A program made the translations under genes and the position numbers. Under the pieces are notes generated by a model. That model searched no databases. It had not been told where the DNA came from and saw nothing but the letters and a program-made list of their open reading frames with translations. From the NCBI GenBank assembly GCA_051313645.2, contig JBNRSN020000024.1:63860001-63924000 (forward strand): a stretch of DNA of 64,000 nucleotides. The letters are read 5' to 3'. The stretch is from Centroscyllium fabricii (taxonomy: Eukaryota). Every line of letters begins with the position of its first letter. Positions within the stretch are counted from its first letter, which is position 1. Below, one piece after another: positions 34,490 to 46,064 of this stretch.

Positions 34490-34705
34490 TTTTGTGATCT
34501 ACTGAGATCATTGAAAGGTTTGTGCCACTGCAGCCTGGTCCTCCTGACGACATTCCTGCTTGTGCCCTCCTGTGCAATGTGGTGCAGTGGTGTCCTGGGG
34601 CGGTCTCTTCCGCCCATTGGAAGGGAAGAGAACCTCCCTGTGTGCTAAGCATATGGAGGGAGTCATGGGATAGCCTGGGTGCAGCCGCACCTTTGTGCAG
34701 TGCTT
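34490..34705 (-). pseudogene. Degenerate Myb/SANT-like DNA-binding domain of a Harbinger transposon
   Basis: Frameshifted peptide APRLSHDSLHML/REVLFPSNGRKRPPQDT/IAQEGTSRNVVRRTRLQWHKPFNDL. It resembles the NAIF1/MSANTD-type domain (RF..E..L..LF..W..IA..RT..Q..KK..DL). Confidence 0.7.
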
Positions 34706-35657
34706 GTCAGTGTTTGCAGCACCTCAATGCTGTCGAACACTGATGGCACAAGTGTCGAAGTAAATTTGGGCATGGCCCCTTTAAGGAAACCGGGTGGGCT
34801 TAACAAGCCCAATCATCATCAATCTCTTCAACAGAGTGGGCTGGAGCCAGCAGCGGGGTTGCACCCCGCCATCAACCCCGGTCGCCCCAGACCCACCTTG
34901 GTAGGTGAAATCGCGGGGAGTGTGTTATGCACTCGCATTTCAGTTCTGGAACCTGGGATAAAAACTGACGAAAGGGTCCTTGTAAAGGCTGTATGAGAAA
35001 AGAGTTCAGAGAGTCTCAAACCAGTTCCAGGTGGGTATGTGCCCAAAGCACCAAATTCACTCTAATTTACTACTAATTGCCACTAAATTGCCAGTGCCAC
35101 TCAGAGGGCATACGGATTGTCGGGAATGGAAGTGGAACAATTCACTCAAGGACAGTAAGTTTTCTTTTCTTTGCTTAGAACTCAGGCACATTTTGAGGGA
35201 AGATCAAAAGGAGCTTTACTCTGCAGGTGACCAGAAAAACAAACATTTTTTGGTGCATGGGAATAAGAAAAAGAGTATTCTTTATATTCTCATGAAAAAA
35301 GGCACAACTGTAGAACAGAAGAGTTCAGGTGATGCTGTAGATCATGAGATCAAAGTCTGAGCAGGTTAGACGAATCATCTCAACCCTCAGACCCTGTAAC
35401 TGCCTTTATCGCTCTTTCCTATCTTTCCACTTTTTATATATATGCCACCCTTTATTGGAATGTGGTCTTTGGGAGCAAAGGTTGATGAGCGCACAGACAC
35501 AAGAAGTTTCGTGAATATCTTAGAACTTTGCTTCAGATATAAAATGAAGAAGCTGGCAGCCAAAGTCCTGCAGCCTTATACCAGAGAACTCAATGCAAAT
35601 CCTATATTTCAATGCTCCCGTGATATGCCCAGATTATAGTTGTATCACGCCGCTTTC

Positions 35658-36046
35658 ATAGAAGATAGGAGCAGGAGTAGGCCATTCGGCCCTTTGAGCC
35701 TGCCCCGCCATTCAATGAGATCATGGCTGATCATCCAAACCCAGCACCCTGTCCCTGCCTTGTCCCCATATCCCTCGATCCCTATCGAGCCTGCACCGAC
35801 ACATATCCCACCCTATCCCCATAACCCCACATATTCAATCCCCCTAACACTAGGGTCAATTTATCCTGGCCAATCAACCTAACCCGCACATCTTTGGACT
35901 GTGGGAGGAAACCGGAGCACCCGGAGGAAACCCACGCAGACACGGGGAGAATGTGCAAACTCCACACAGATAGTACCCGAGGCTGGATTTGAACCCGGAT
36001 CTCTAGTGCTGTAAGTCAACAGTGCTAACGACTATGCCACCGTGCC
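35658..36046 (-). mobile_element. V-SINE (HE1-like) with CR1 tail
   Basis: Member of the same family, flanked by a 22-bp direct repeat. Confidence 0.9.
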
Positions 36047-36553
36047 ATAGTTGTATCACGCCTCTTTCCCCCCTATACTCTCCTCATCTTTGCCGTTTTT
36101 TCTTATGCATTTTTTCATATAACTGCGTCACAGTAAAAGACAATGAAGCAACTCCTATGTTTGTCCTATTTTATGTTGTGCAATCAAAACAGCCCACTAA
36201 AACATTATGGTCAATTCCACTGATTGCTGTACTGCATTATCAATAACTTAGATGAAAGAATAAAGAGTCGCACATCCAAGTTTGCTGATGCCACTCGGTA
36301 ATGTAGATGGGAGCAGCACGTTGCACAGGGCCATTGATAGATTAAATAAGTGGGCAAAACTGTGACAGATGGGTTTTAATGTGGCAAAGTGGAAGGTCAT
36401 CCACTTTGGACTTAAGAAAGACAGAACAGAGTATTTTCTAAATTGTAAGAAGCTAGGAACTGTGGAGTAGCAGAGAGATTTAGGAGTGCAGTTACACAAG
36501 TCTTTAAAAACTAGTGGGCAGGTGAAAAAGATATTCAAAAAGCTAATGGAATA

Positions 36554-37091
36554 CAGGTTGAGCACCGAAGATCCATGACCCGAAACGCCGGCAGCTTCAG
36601 TCCTCTGGAACAAATTGCCCCGACTGCACTGCGCAGGCGCAAAATGGCAGCCGCAATCGTTGCTTCGGCGAATGATCTGCGCATGCGCAGATCATTCAAA
36701 ACGGCTGCCGGATGCTTTGAATAATCTGCGCATGCGCCGCCGGACGGCGAGCGCATGCGCAGATCATTCAAAACGGCCGCCGGATGAGCCGGGCCTTCCG
36801 TGGCGTCAGGGCGTGGCGGCTCGCGCCGCGTTTTGAATGTGCGAGTCCCGAGCGCCAGCCATGGTGAAGCGCGCGGTTCCCCGGAGCAGCCTGCTGGCCG
36901 TCATCAGGAAGCACAAACCGCAGCTGAGACTCCACAAAGACGTTCGGTGGCCATTTCCAATGTTGTGCGCATGCACGTGGCCATTTTGAATGCTGCGCGC
37001 ATGCGCACTGACCGGCTTCATTCTGCCGGTTTTTTCACTTTCCCGGCACGGGCGGGACCAGGCCCGTGCCGGATTTCTGGTGCTCAACCTG
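36554..37091. mobile_element. Tc1/pogo(Tigger)-like MITE
   Basis: TA|CAGGTTGAGCACC..GGTGCTCAACCTG|TA. The CR1 reading resumes on both sides. Confidence 0.9.
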
Positions 37092-37645
37092 TATTAGCCT
37101 TTATCTCAAGAGGGCTGGAGTACAAAGGGGTGGAAGTTATGCTGCAGTTGTATAAAGCCCTGATTAGACAGCATCTGGAGCACTGCGTTCAGTTCTAGGC
37201 ACCACACCTCAGGAAGGATGTATTGGCCTTGGAGTGGGTGGAGCGCAGATTCACCAGAATGATACCGGGGCTAAAAGGGTTTAAATATGATGACAGGCTG
37301 CTGAGACTAGGTTTTGTATTCCCTTGAGCATAGAAGATTAAGGGGTGATCTAATTGAGGTGTTTAAGATGATTGAAGGATTTGATAGGGTAGATATAGGG
37401 AAATTGTGTCCTCTGGTGTGGGAGTCCAAAACAAGGGTTTAAAATTAGAGCTTGACCATTCAGGGATGATGTCACGAGGCACTTCCTTACACAAAGGGTA
37501 GTGGAAATCTGGAACTCTCTCCCCCACCCCCACCAAAAGCTGTTGAGGCTGGGGGGCGGGGGGTCAATTGAAAATGTCAAAACTGAGATTGATACATTTC
37601 TGTTAGGTAAGGGTATTAAGGAACATGGAACCAAGGCGAGTAAAT

Positions 37646-37940
37646 TTCCTGGGACTAGGGACAGGGTCACTGGACAAGGCTTGGAAGCTAAGCAAGAGCC
37701 AGGCCTGGTTAGTACTTGGATGGGTGACCACCAGGGAATACCAGGTGCAGAAGGTGCAGGAGCCCCGGGGAGGGGCGGTTGGCTGAAGATTGTCGGAATG
37801 ATGGAAAAGATGGAATGGCGGCGCGCACAGAGGCAGCGGCTTTGCTGGACTCTTGGGAGCTTGCAAGATCACATTTCGTTGTTCATGCACTTGTACATTG
37901 TATAATGACAATAAAAAGTTGAATTAAGTTGAATTGAATT
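37646..37940 (+). mobile_element. 5S rRNA-derived SINE (SINE3-like)
   Basis: 37680-37752 resembles the 3' part of 5S rRNA (GGAAGCTAAGCA..GCCTGGTTAGTACTTGGATGGG..GGGAATACC). The tail is AATAAA plus (TTGAA)n. A partial second copy lies at 44350-44497. Confidence 0.8.
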
Positions 37941-38084
37941 ATAAAAGGAGTCAAGATAGAGATCAGCCATGCTCTAACGGAGTGGTGGAACAGGCTTGAT
38001 GGACTGTATGGCCAACTCCTATTCCTATGTTCCTAGATTATTTACAATAATTCAGGAAAAGGTAAGGAACACAAAAATCCTATT

Positions 38085-39210
38085 AAACAACAACAACAAC
38101 TTGCATTTATAAAGCATTATCAAACAAAATTTGACACTGCACCACATAAAGAGATATTAGAAGAGGTGACCCAAAGTCTGGTCAAAGAGGTAGGTATTAA
38201 GGAGCATCTTAAAGGAAGAGAGAGAGAGGTGGAGAGCTTTAGGGAGGGAATTCCAGAGCTTAACGTCGAGGCAGCTGAAGATATAGAAACATAGAAACAT
38301 GGAAGATAGGAGCAGGAGTAGGCCATTCAGCCCTTCGAGCCTGCTCCGCCATTCAATGAGATCATGGCTGATCATCCGAACCCAGTACCCAATCCCTGCT
38401 TTCTCCCCATATCCCGTGATCGCTATCGAGCCTGCACCGACACATATCCCACCCTATCCCCGTAACCCCACATATTCAATCCCCCCTAACCCTAAGGGTC
38501 AATTTATCCTGGCCAATCAACCTAACCCGCACATCTTTGGCCGCAAATGGTAGGGCGAAGGGAGTCAGGGATGTGCAAGAAGTCAGAATTGGCTGGAGGA
38601 GATTACAGAGATAGGGAGGGGCAAGGCCATGGAGGGATTTGAAAACCAGGATGAGAATTTTAACATCAAGCCGTTGCCAAACCGAGATTCAATGTCGATC
38701 AGCAAGTGCTGGGGTGAGGGGTGAAGGGGACTTGGTGTGAGTTAGGGTACAAGTTTTGGATCAGGTCAAGTTTATGGAGGGTAGAAAACGGGAGACTGGT
38801 GTGGTAAACCACTTTGTACATATATCTGTATCATATCCATGGCCTGTAACATTGTATATAGTTCTGTGTGTACTGCTTGTCTGGGCATGCCCATGCTAAC
38901 CCCGCCTGTGACTCCTCCTCCCAGGACAGGTATAAAGGTGACTGTCTCCCTCCCCCCATTCATTCCGGGAGCAGTCGACTAGCTGGGGCATGCCCAACCT
39001 TTAGCGAATAAAAGCCTTTATTCACCTCGGAACTTCTCGTCTCCGAGGTCATTGATACGGTATCAACCGGCCAGTAGAGCATTGGGACCGTCAAGTCCAG
39101 AGGTAACAAAGGCGTGGATGAGGATTTAAGCTGCAGATGAGCTGAGGCAGGGATGGAGATGGGTGATGTTACGGAGGTAGAAGTAGGTGGTCTTTGTGAT
39201 GGAGCGGATA
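38085..39210 (-). mobile_element. L2 LINE 3' region interrupted by a truncated V-SINE (38281-38540) and a solo LTR
   Basis: The minus strand reads KLWNSLP..SSFKMLLNTYLFDQ and ends ATAAATGCAAG(TTG)n. Confidence 0.75.
38800..39065 (+). mobile_element. Solo LTR
   Basis: TGTGGTAAAC..GTATCA with TATAAA at 38931 and AATAAA at about 39007. The TSD is ACTGG/ACCGG. Confidence 0.85.
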
Positions 39211-39327
39211 AAGAGAAAAGAAGAAAAAAGAGGGAGTAAAGGAGAAATAAGAGTGATGGACTCAGATCTGGAGTGGCAGCCAAAAAACGCAAATCAAACA
39301 CAGGGAAACTCAACTGTCAAAAATAAT

Positions 39328-40163
39328 GCGTCAGAAATTCGGGTTTGCCAGTTGGAGGGCAACTAGGACCATGCGGAGCACTTAAGAAGCCCACCAACAT
39401 CGGACTTTTTTTATGCTCTGAATTTCCGATAGGCTCCGCCCCCTTCGTTTGCAACGTGGCAGTCCAGCCGCGCTAGGTGCGCAGTGTATGCCCCGCCCAC
39501 AGATCCCAAATTTAAATAAAAAACGCCCCCAGATCCCTAATTTAAATAAAAAAATGCGCACAGATCCCGAGTCGGACCTTTGTGAGAGCAGGGACGTGTG
39601 GAGCTGCACTCACAGACTCGGCGGGGAGCAGCGCGGGCACAGCAGCTTCTCAGAGGAAGAAACGCTAGGTAAGTCTGCCATTTTTTCTCTTAGATTTTTT
39701 ATTATAGCTAGATAGTTAAAAATTTCAGAAATTTAACTTTAAAAATTAGCGATTTGAAACAGGTAAATTAACTTAAAATCAGATTTGTAATTTTTTTTTC
39801 AAAACTTTAACTTAAAAATTTAACGCTACCGATCTGGCCACATTACTCCCCAAAACTGTTAAAACTTAAAATTAAAGGTAAAAAAGTAACTTACCTTGTT
39901 TAAGAACGTTTCTCTCTACCTCACCCACGAGTTACTCCAGCTTTTTTCATGTGCATCTGAGGGCTCCGTTGCCCACAGAATCACAGAAAAAAAAGCACCC
40001 TTTTGGAGCCCAATTTCTGGGTGCAACTCACTCGTGCGTTTGATGCTGAGGGCCCTTCTCCCTCAGCATCGGAAATCTCGGATCCGTGGGCATCTCGGAT
40101 CCGTGGGCATTTTTCGTGGGCATCTCCGTGGGCATCTGCTTTAGGCATCGGAATTTCTGGCCC
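39328..40163. mobile_element. Harbinger-type MITE
   Basis: Terminal inverted repeats GCGTCAGAAATTC / GAATTTCTGGCCC. Internal homology to 22705-23565. Confidence 0.8.
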
Positions 40164-40297
40164 AAGATGTTTTGTTAATAGAGATGGATAGAAGAAAGTA
40201 TTTGCATTTATACAGTGCTTTTCAGAACCTTAGGATGTCCCAAACTCCTTCACAGCCAATGAAGCATTTTGAAGTGTAGTCGCTGTTGCACTATAGG

Positions 40298-40706
40298 GAA
40301 ACATAGAAACATAGAAACATGGAAGATAGGAGCAGGAGTAGGCCATTCGGCCCTTCCAGCCTGCTCCGCCATTCACTGAGATCATGGCTGATCATCCAAA
40401 CCCAGCACACCGCCCCTGCCCTCTCCCCTCATCCCTCGATCCCTCTCGAGCCTGCACCGACACATATCCCACCCTATCCCCGTAACCCCACATATTCAAT
40501 CCCCCTAACACTAAGGGTCAATTTATCCTGGCCAATCAACCTAACCCGCACATCTTTGGACTGTGGGAGGAAACCGGAGCACCCGGAGGAAACCCACGCA
40601 GACACGAGGAGAATGTGCAAACTCCACACAGATAGTACCCGAGGCTGGATTTGAACCCAGGCCCCTGGCGCTGTGAGGCAACAGTGCTAACTACCATGCC
40701 ACCATG
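40298..40706 (-). mobile_element. V-SINE (HE1-like) with CR1 tail
   Basis: Member of the same family. Confidence 0.9.
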
Positions 40707-41756
40707 AGGAAACAATACAATTCTACAAATCTGATTTATAACAATAGATCCCAATTCAGCAAATAATCCCCAACCATTCTAAACTTCGGGGATAGAGTGG
40801 GCTATGTGTCGGTGCAGGCTCGATGGGCCGAAATGGCCTCTATCTGCACTGTAGGGATTCTATGATTCTATGATTCCAGTACGTAAACTACAATTGAAAG
40901 CAATGTTTGAGGAATAACAGAAATACATAGATTGCAGTGAGTTCTTGGACTCAAAGAACTATAAAGAAGCATTGGTAAAACCGCAGATTGCCACTACTTT
41001 TGCATTTGACATTGAGGCCCATGAAAATAGTCGCCTCTCTATGAACTGTGTAAAAAATTGTGGGATTGCCATTTAGCTTAACTCTGCCTTTATTTTAGAC
41101 CCCTTCTTATTTTCTTTCAATTTTCGCAATGTTCCAAATAAAATCTGATTTTTACTGATTTTCTATAAATTTACCTAGGATTTTTTAGGGTCAGATTTCC
41201 CCTCCTGATTTTCAGACATTCTTTTGATTCTAAAAACAAACTGAAAAACACCTGGGGAAAAAAATCCAGATTTTGAAATTGGCAATAAAAGCAAATTTAA
41301 TGATCCTTACATATTATGGGTTCAATGTTTACTCACAGCTGAGACAAGACTAACCAGGCTATAATTTCCTTGCTCATCCCTTTCCTCTTTATTGAACAGA
41401 AGTGCACAATTTGCCACTCTTCAGTCCTTTGGACAGTTTCCATTCCCAAAGCATTTTACAAGGTTGTGGCTAGTGCTCCACTATCTCAACATCCTTCCTT
41501 CCTGACCCCCGCTATTCCCGATCCCCCTCTTCCAGACCCCATGACTCCAGATCCCCAACTCCCGAGCCTGACTTGTGGCCCCATGTTGTCTTGTCCCACC
41601 CCCGCCATCCCCATCAACAGACCTACTTACCTGAGGGCCCTGATTAACGACTAGTTCTCTTCATTCTTTGTCGGTGGGATGTAGCACCACGCCTGGTCTA
41701 TTACAGTGTCCAAGGCCCAATATCAGCATACCCTGCACCCCTGAATGCGCCCAGAT

Positions 41757-42635
41757 TTTTTTTATTTTATTCATTGTTGGGATGTGGGTGTCGCTGGCTG
41801 GCTAGGCCTGCATTTAGTGCCCATCCCTAATTGCCTTTTGAGAAGACGGTGGTGGGCGGCACAGTGGCACAGTGGTTAGCACTGTTGTCTCACAGCACTG
41901 GAGACCCGGGTTCAAATCCAGCCTCGGGTACTATCTGTGTGGAGTTTGCACATTCTCCCCGTGTCTGCGTGGGTTTCCTCCGGGTGCTCCGGTTTCCTCC
42001 CACAGTCCAAAGATGTGCGGGTTAGGTTGATTGGCCATGATAAATTGACCCTTAGTGTTAGGGGGATTGAAGATGTGGGGTTACGGGGATAGGGTGGGAT
42101 ATGTGTTGATGCAAGCTCGATAGGGATCGAGGGATATGGGGAGAGGGCAGGGACAGGGTACTGGGTTTGCATGATCAGCCATGATCTCATTGAATGGCGG
42201 AGCAGGCTCGAAGGGCCGAATGGCCTACTCCTGCTCCTAGTTTCTATGTTTCTATGAGCCGCTTTCTTGAACCGCTGCAGTCTTATTGTTTTTCGTAGCG
42301 GTTGTTTACAACTGAGTGGCTCACTAGGCCATTTCAGAGGGCATTAAGAGTCAACTACATTGCTGTGGGTCTGGAGTCACATGTAGGCCAGACCAGGTAA
42401 GGACGGCAGATTTCCTTCCCTAAAGGACATTAGTGAACCAGATGGGTTTTTGCAACCATCGACAATGGTATCATGGTCGCCATTACTAAGACTAACATTT
42501 AATTCTAGAATTAAATTGAATTGAATTTAAATTCCACCAGCTGCCGTGGTGGGATTTGAACCCATATCCTCAGAGCATTTGACTGAGCCTCCGGTTTACT
42601 AGTCTAGTGACATAACTACTACGCCACCACCTCCC
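41757..42635 (-). mobile_element. tRNA-derived SINE sharing its tail with the LINE at 54795; interrupted by a V-SINE
   Basis: Head at 42540-42635 (GGTTCAAATCCC). The body is shared with 44935-45300. The tail is GGGCAATTAGGGATGGGC..CCACATCCC. Confidence 0.75.
41855..42257 (+). mobile_element. V-SINE (HE1-like) with CR1 tail
   Basis: Full-length member of the family. Confidence 0.9.
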
Positions 42636-42833
42636 CTAGGCCATGATGTGTAAAGGTGGTTGGGAGAAATTGAGATAGAGGATCAGCCATGATCATATTG
42701 AATGGTGGAGCAGGCTCGAAGGGCCGAATAGCCGACTCCTGCTCCTATTTTTCTAAGTTTCCAAATGCAACACTATACATCTGCAGCTTAATAATCTACA
42801 GTAAAATAGGGATTTTGAACAGCAATATCCTGC

Positions 42834-43981
42834 CTGTTATCTTTGATGTCAACAACATGATCTTTCAGTTCTTTCACCATAATCTTCAAGCCAAGCGTAT
42901 ATGGATCTTCTTCTGGAAAGTTGCAGTACCGTGGATTATTCTTCATCAGATATTGTGCCAGGAAATTAATGGGGTTAAAGTAAGGGTGTGATGTCCCCAA
43001 CACAGTCAAACCTTTCTTTTCAACTTCCATTAGCAGCTTCTCTAGTCCCGGAATCAGAGTGGGAAACAACTTTTCCAGTAAGTATACACGATTCTGCACT
43101 GTCATTTTATTTTCATTAAACCATTCCTTTGTCAACAAATCCTTTGGGACCTTCTTTTCGAAATGATCTTTTTCATGTTTGTGCTTTTTGCTAGACATTG
43201 ACTTCTGCTCCTGTAACTTCAGCACTCGCTTTGCTACTTTTCGTTCAAACATCCTCTTCCAAAGTAACTTTTCCCCTTCGCTATCATCATCATCCTCTGT
43301 ATAATCTATTGTTAAACCTTCAATTACTGAAGTCTGAAAAGAAGCCCTTTTACCTTCATTTCTATATTTAGGCATAGATGGCTCATGTATGACAGAACTA
43401 AGAGACGTTCTCGTCCTTGAGGTTTTAGTAATGTCGCTATGGTCTACTATATGGTCAATATTGCCATGTTTATCTGTTACATTCTCTGACATTGAGACCC
43501 CTTTCTCCGTAAAATGGTGTAAAGTTTTACTGCTATGTTCATCTGCTACATCTTTAATTGCTTCAGTTGCAAGAGAAACAATTCTCGTTGCAGTTTGATG
43601 AATAATGTTGCCACCTTCATCTGCTGCACCTGCCATTGCGCCGGTTCCAAGAGGAGCGTTTCTCTTTGAAGCTTCATCAAATGTTTGACTCCATTCTTCA
43701 TCTGCTGCACGCTCAATTGCTCCCGCTCCAAGAGATGCACTTCTCTTGGAACCTTGAGGAAACATTTTACTGCCATCTTTAACTGCTGCATCTTCAATTG
43801 TTCCCGGTTTAATAGACACCCTTCCCTTTGCTGCTTCAGGGGTAGCTGTGGTTTGATCTTCTTCATTAACCATTGCTGTATTCGGAGAATTGCTTTGATT
43901 CGCGATGACCCCTTGATCTACATTTGCATCTAACAAAGCTCCAGAAGCTATTTCATCTTCATCTTCAGAATTCGTAGCCAT
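42834..43981 (-). CDS. EFCAB5: EFCAB5 first coding exon (EF-hand calcium-binding domain-containing protein 5, N-terminal region)
   Basis: The peptide EWFN..YLLEKLFPTLIPGLEKLLMEVEKK..FNPINFLAQYLMKNNPRY matches the Dpy-30/RIIa-like segment of EFCAB5. There is an acceptor TTTCAG| at 43997 and the ATG lies in a GTCATGG context. Confidence 0.88.
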
Positions 43982-44097
43982 GACGTACTTAATTTGCTGA
44001 AAGAAGCATTCATTGTGTTAAAATAACATGCATCAATTCTGGTAGCTTACAGTACAGTAAAATCGTAATTGGTTTCAGGTATTATTTGCAATATAAT

Positions 44098-44913
44098 GGG
44101 CCAGAAATTCAAGTCGGAGGCTTCCCGCGAGTGTAAGCCTCCAACCTGCACTTATCTACCGCACCGGCCGTTGAGCTGTGGCCCCTGCATGGAATCACGA
44201 TGCGGGGCCTTCCTGAACTGCCGGCGTGCCGCGCCGCGCTCCCGGATCCTAGCGGCGACCTGTCAAACTTATGAATACTACAAGCCCCAAAACCTCAGTA
44301 AATCTTCAAATCATTTTTTTTTAAACGTCACATTTTTAAAAATAACTATCAATAATAATAATAATAATAATAATAATTCAACTTTATTGTCATTATACAA
44401 TGTACAAGTACATGAACAACAAAATGTGATCTTGCAAGCTCCCAAGAGTCCAGCAAAGCCGCTGCGTCTGTGCGCGCCGCCATTCCATCTTTCCATCAGC
44501 TATTATAAACAAAAATTTAAAATTTGGAAAAAAATAATTGAAGTTTTTAACGGGGCTAAAAATAAACTTACCTTTCTTTAAAGTATTTAAAAATAAAAAA
44601 CCTGTGGAAATGTTTTTTTAAATTGAATTAATTCACTACTTACCTTCTCAGAAGGACTCTTTGCACATGAAAATAGGAGACGTATCTTTCTCCATACTTA
44701 CCCGCACACAGACCTGTGAAAAAAATCGGAAGCCCATTGCGCACGCGCTGCCGTGCACGCGCACGCATTCCAACCCCGGACCCCTTCTGTCAGGGGATCG
44801 GATGTACCGGTTTCACGTGCATGCGCTGTGCATGCTCAAAACCGGCACTTCGGATGGGCCTACGGATGAGTACCCAGTGCATACTCACACGTTGGGAACG
44901 GAATTTCTGGGCC
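44098..44913. mobile_element. Harbinger-type MITE
   Basis: Terminal inverted repeats GGGCCAGAAATTC / GAATTTCTGGGCC with flanks AAT and ATT. Confidence 0.8.
44350..44497 (-). mobile_element. 5'-truncated copy of the 5S-SINE family
   Basis: The reverse complement matches 37801-37927. The tail is (ATT)n. Confidence 0.85.
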
Positions 44914-44934
44914 ATTATGCAGTGGGAACAGCAA

Positions 44935-45300
44935 TATAGTGGTTATGTTACTCAACTAGTAATCCAGTGGGCCTGGGCTGAAGATAGGAGTTCAAATCCC
45001 ACCACAGACGGTAGCTGGGAAATTTAAATTTAATTAAATAAATCTGGAATTTTGAAACAAAGCTAGTACCTGTAACTACCGGATTGCTGCAAAAACCCAT
45101 CTGCTTCCGTAATGTCCTTCAGGGAAGGAAATCTGCCATCCTTACCCGGTCTGGCTTATATGTGACTCCAGACCCACAGTAATGTAGTTGACTCTCAACT
45201 GCCCTCTGAAATGGTCGAGCAAGAAGGCGACTCACCACCACCTTCTCAAGGGCAATTAGGGATGGGCAGTAAATGATGGCTTGACATCCCATAATAAAAC
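44935..45300 (+). mobile_element. tRNA-derived SINE (same family as 41757-42635)
   Basis: B box GTTCAAATCCC, with shared body and tail. Confidence 0.75.
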
Positions 45301-45633
45301 AAACCTAAGCGTTAAGTAATATTATTCGACTTATCTAATAAAGTACTTTATTCAACAAAATAATGCTGTCAATGGTACACTATTACTATGCACTAAACTC
45401 ACAATTCTCGTATATTTTTAATTTGAACTATAGGATTATTTCATACACAATCATCAACAACAATTTGCATTATAGATTCCGGTGTAGCACGTGACAATGT
45501 TATTCGGATAACGCATTTCAATAGGTTCCCAGAATGTTTAATCCATGGATTATACTAAACTACTGTTAATTTAAATCTTATCATGTAGCCATAGCAAACT
45601 GCAGTGATATACCCCATGCGGTGTTTAACTCAA

Positions 45634-46064
45634 GTCGTCTTTGGCTTGTCCTCACTACACAGATGCGGCTGTACCGGCTGCGATTTCAAGCAAGAAAAAT
45701 CTTTTTTTTTTATTGTTCTGTGTTGGTTTTCACACAGACCCCAGACTGTGCAACATTTGACCCTTTGTGACTCCACCACATTGCTCTTCAGGTGGTGCCT
45801 GCCTGACTGATCTGTTTAAACACCATTCACACCTTTGATTGCTATGAATGTTTCTCTGCCGAGGTGTGATGAAGGGCAGTTGGAAAGATTACATTGTTCT
45901 CCGACTATATATGCTGTGTCTTTATGCATCTCTATTACACCTGATGAAGGAGCAACGCTCCGAAAGCTTGTGATTTCAAATAAAACCATTGGACTATATA
46001 TAACCTGGTGTTGTGTGACTTCTTACATTTGTCCACCCCAGTCCAACACCGGCACCTCCACATC
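45634..46064 (+). mobile_element. Penelope-like 3' terminus with hammerhead motif
   Basis: 13-bp TSD GTGTTTAACTCAA (45621-45633 and 46065-46077). Hammerhead motif at 45937-45973. Confidence 0.85.

Larger units (their letters stand above)
36265..38035 (+). mobile_element. Degenerate CR1 3' half hosting a MITE and a 5S-SINE
   Basis: Motifs SKFAD, HLEHCVQF and WNSLP, ending in a CR1 3' UTR. Confidence 0.85.

Noticed and set aside
37680-37752. 5S rRNA gene
   Set aside because: It lacks the 5' third, is diverged, has no T-run terminator, and is fused to a SINE body.
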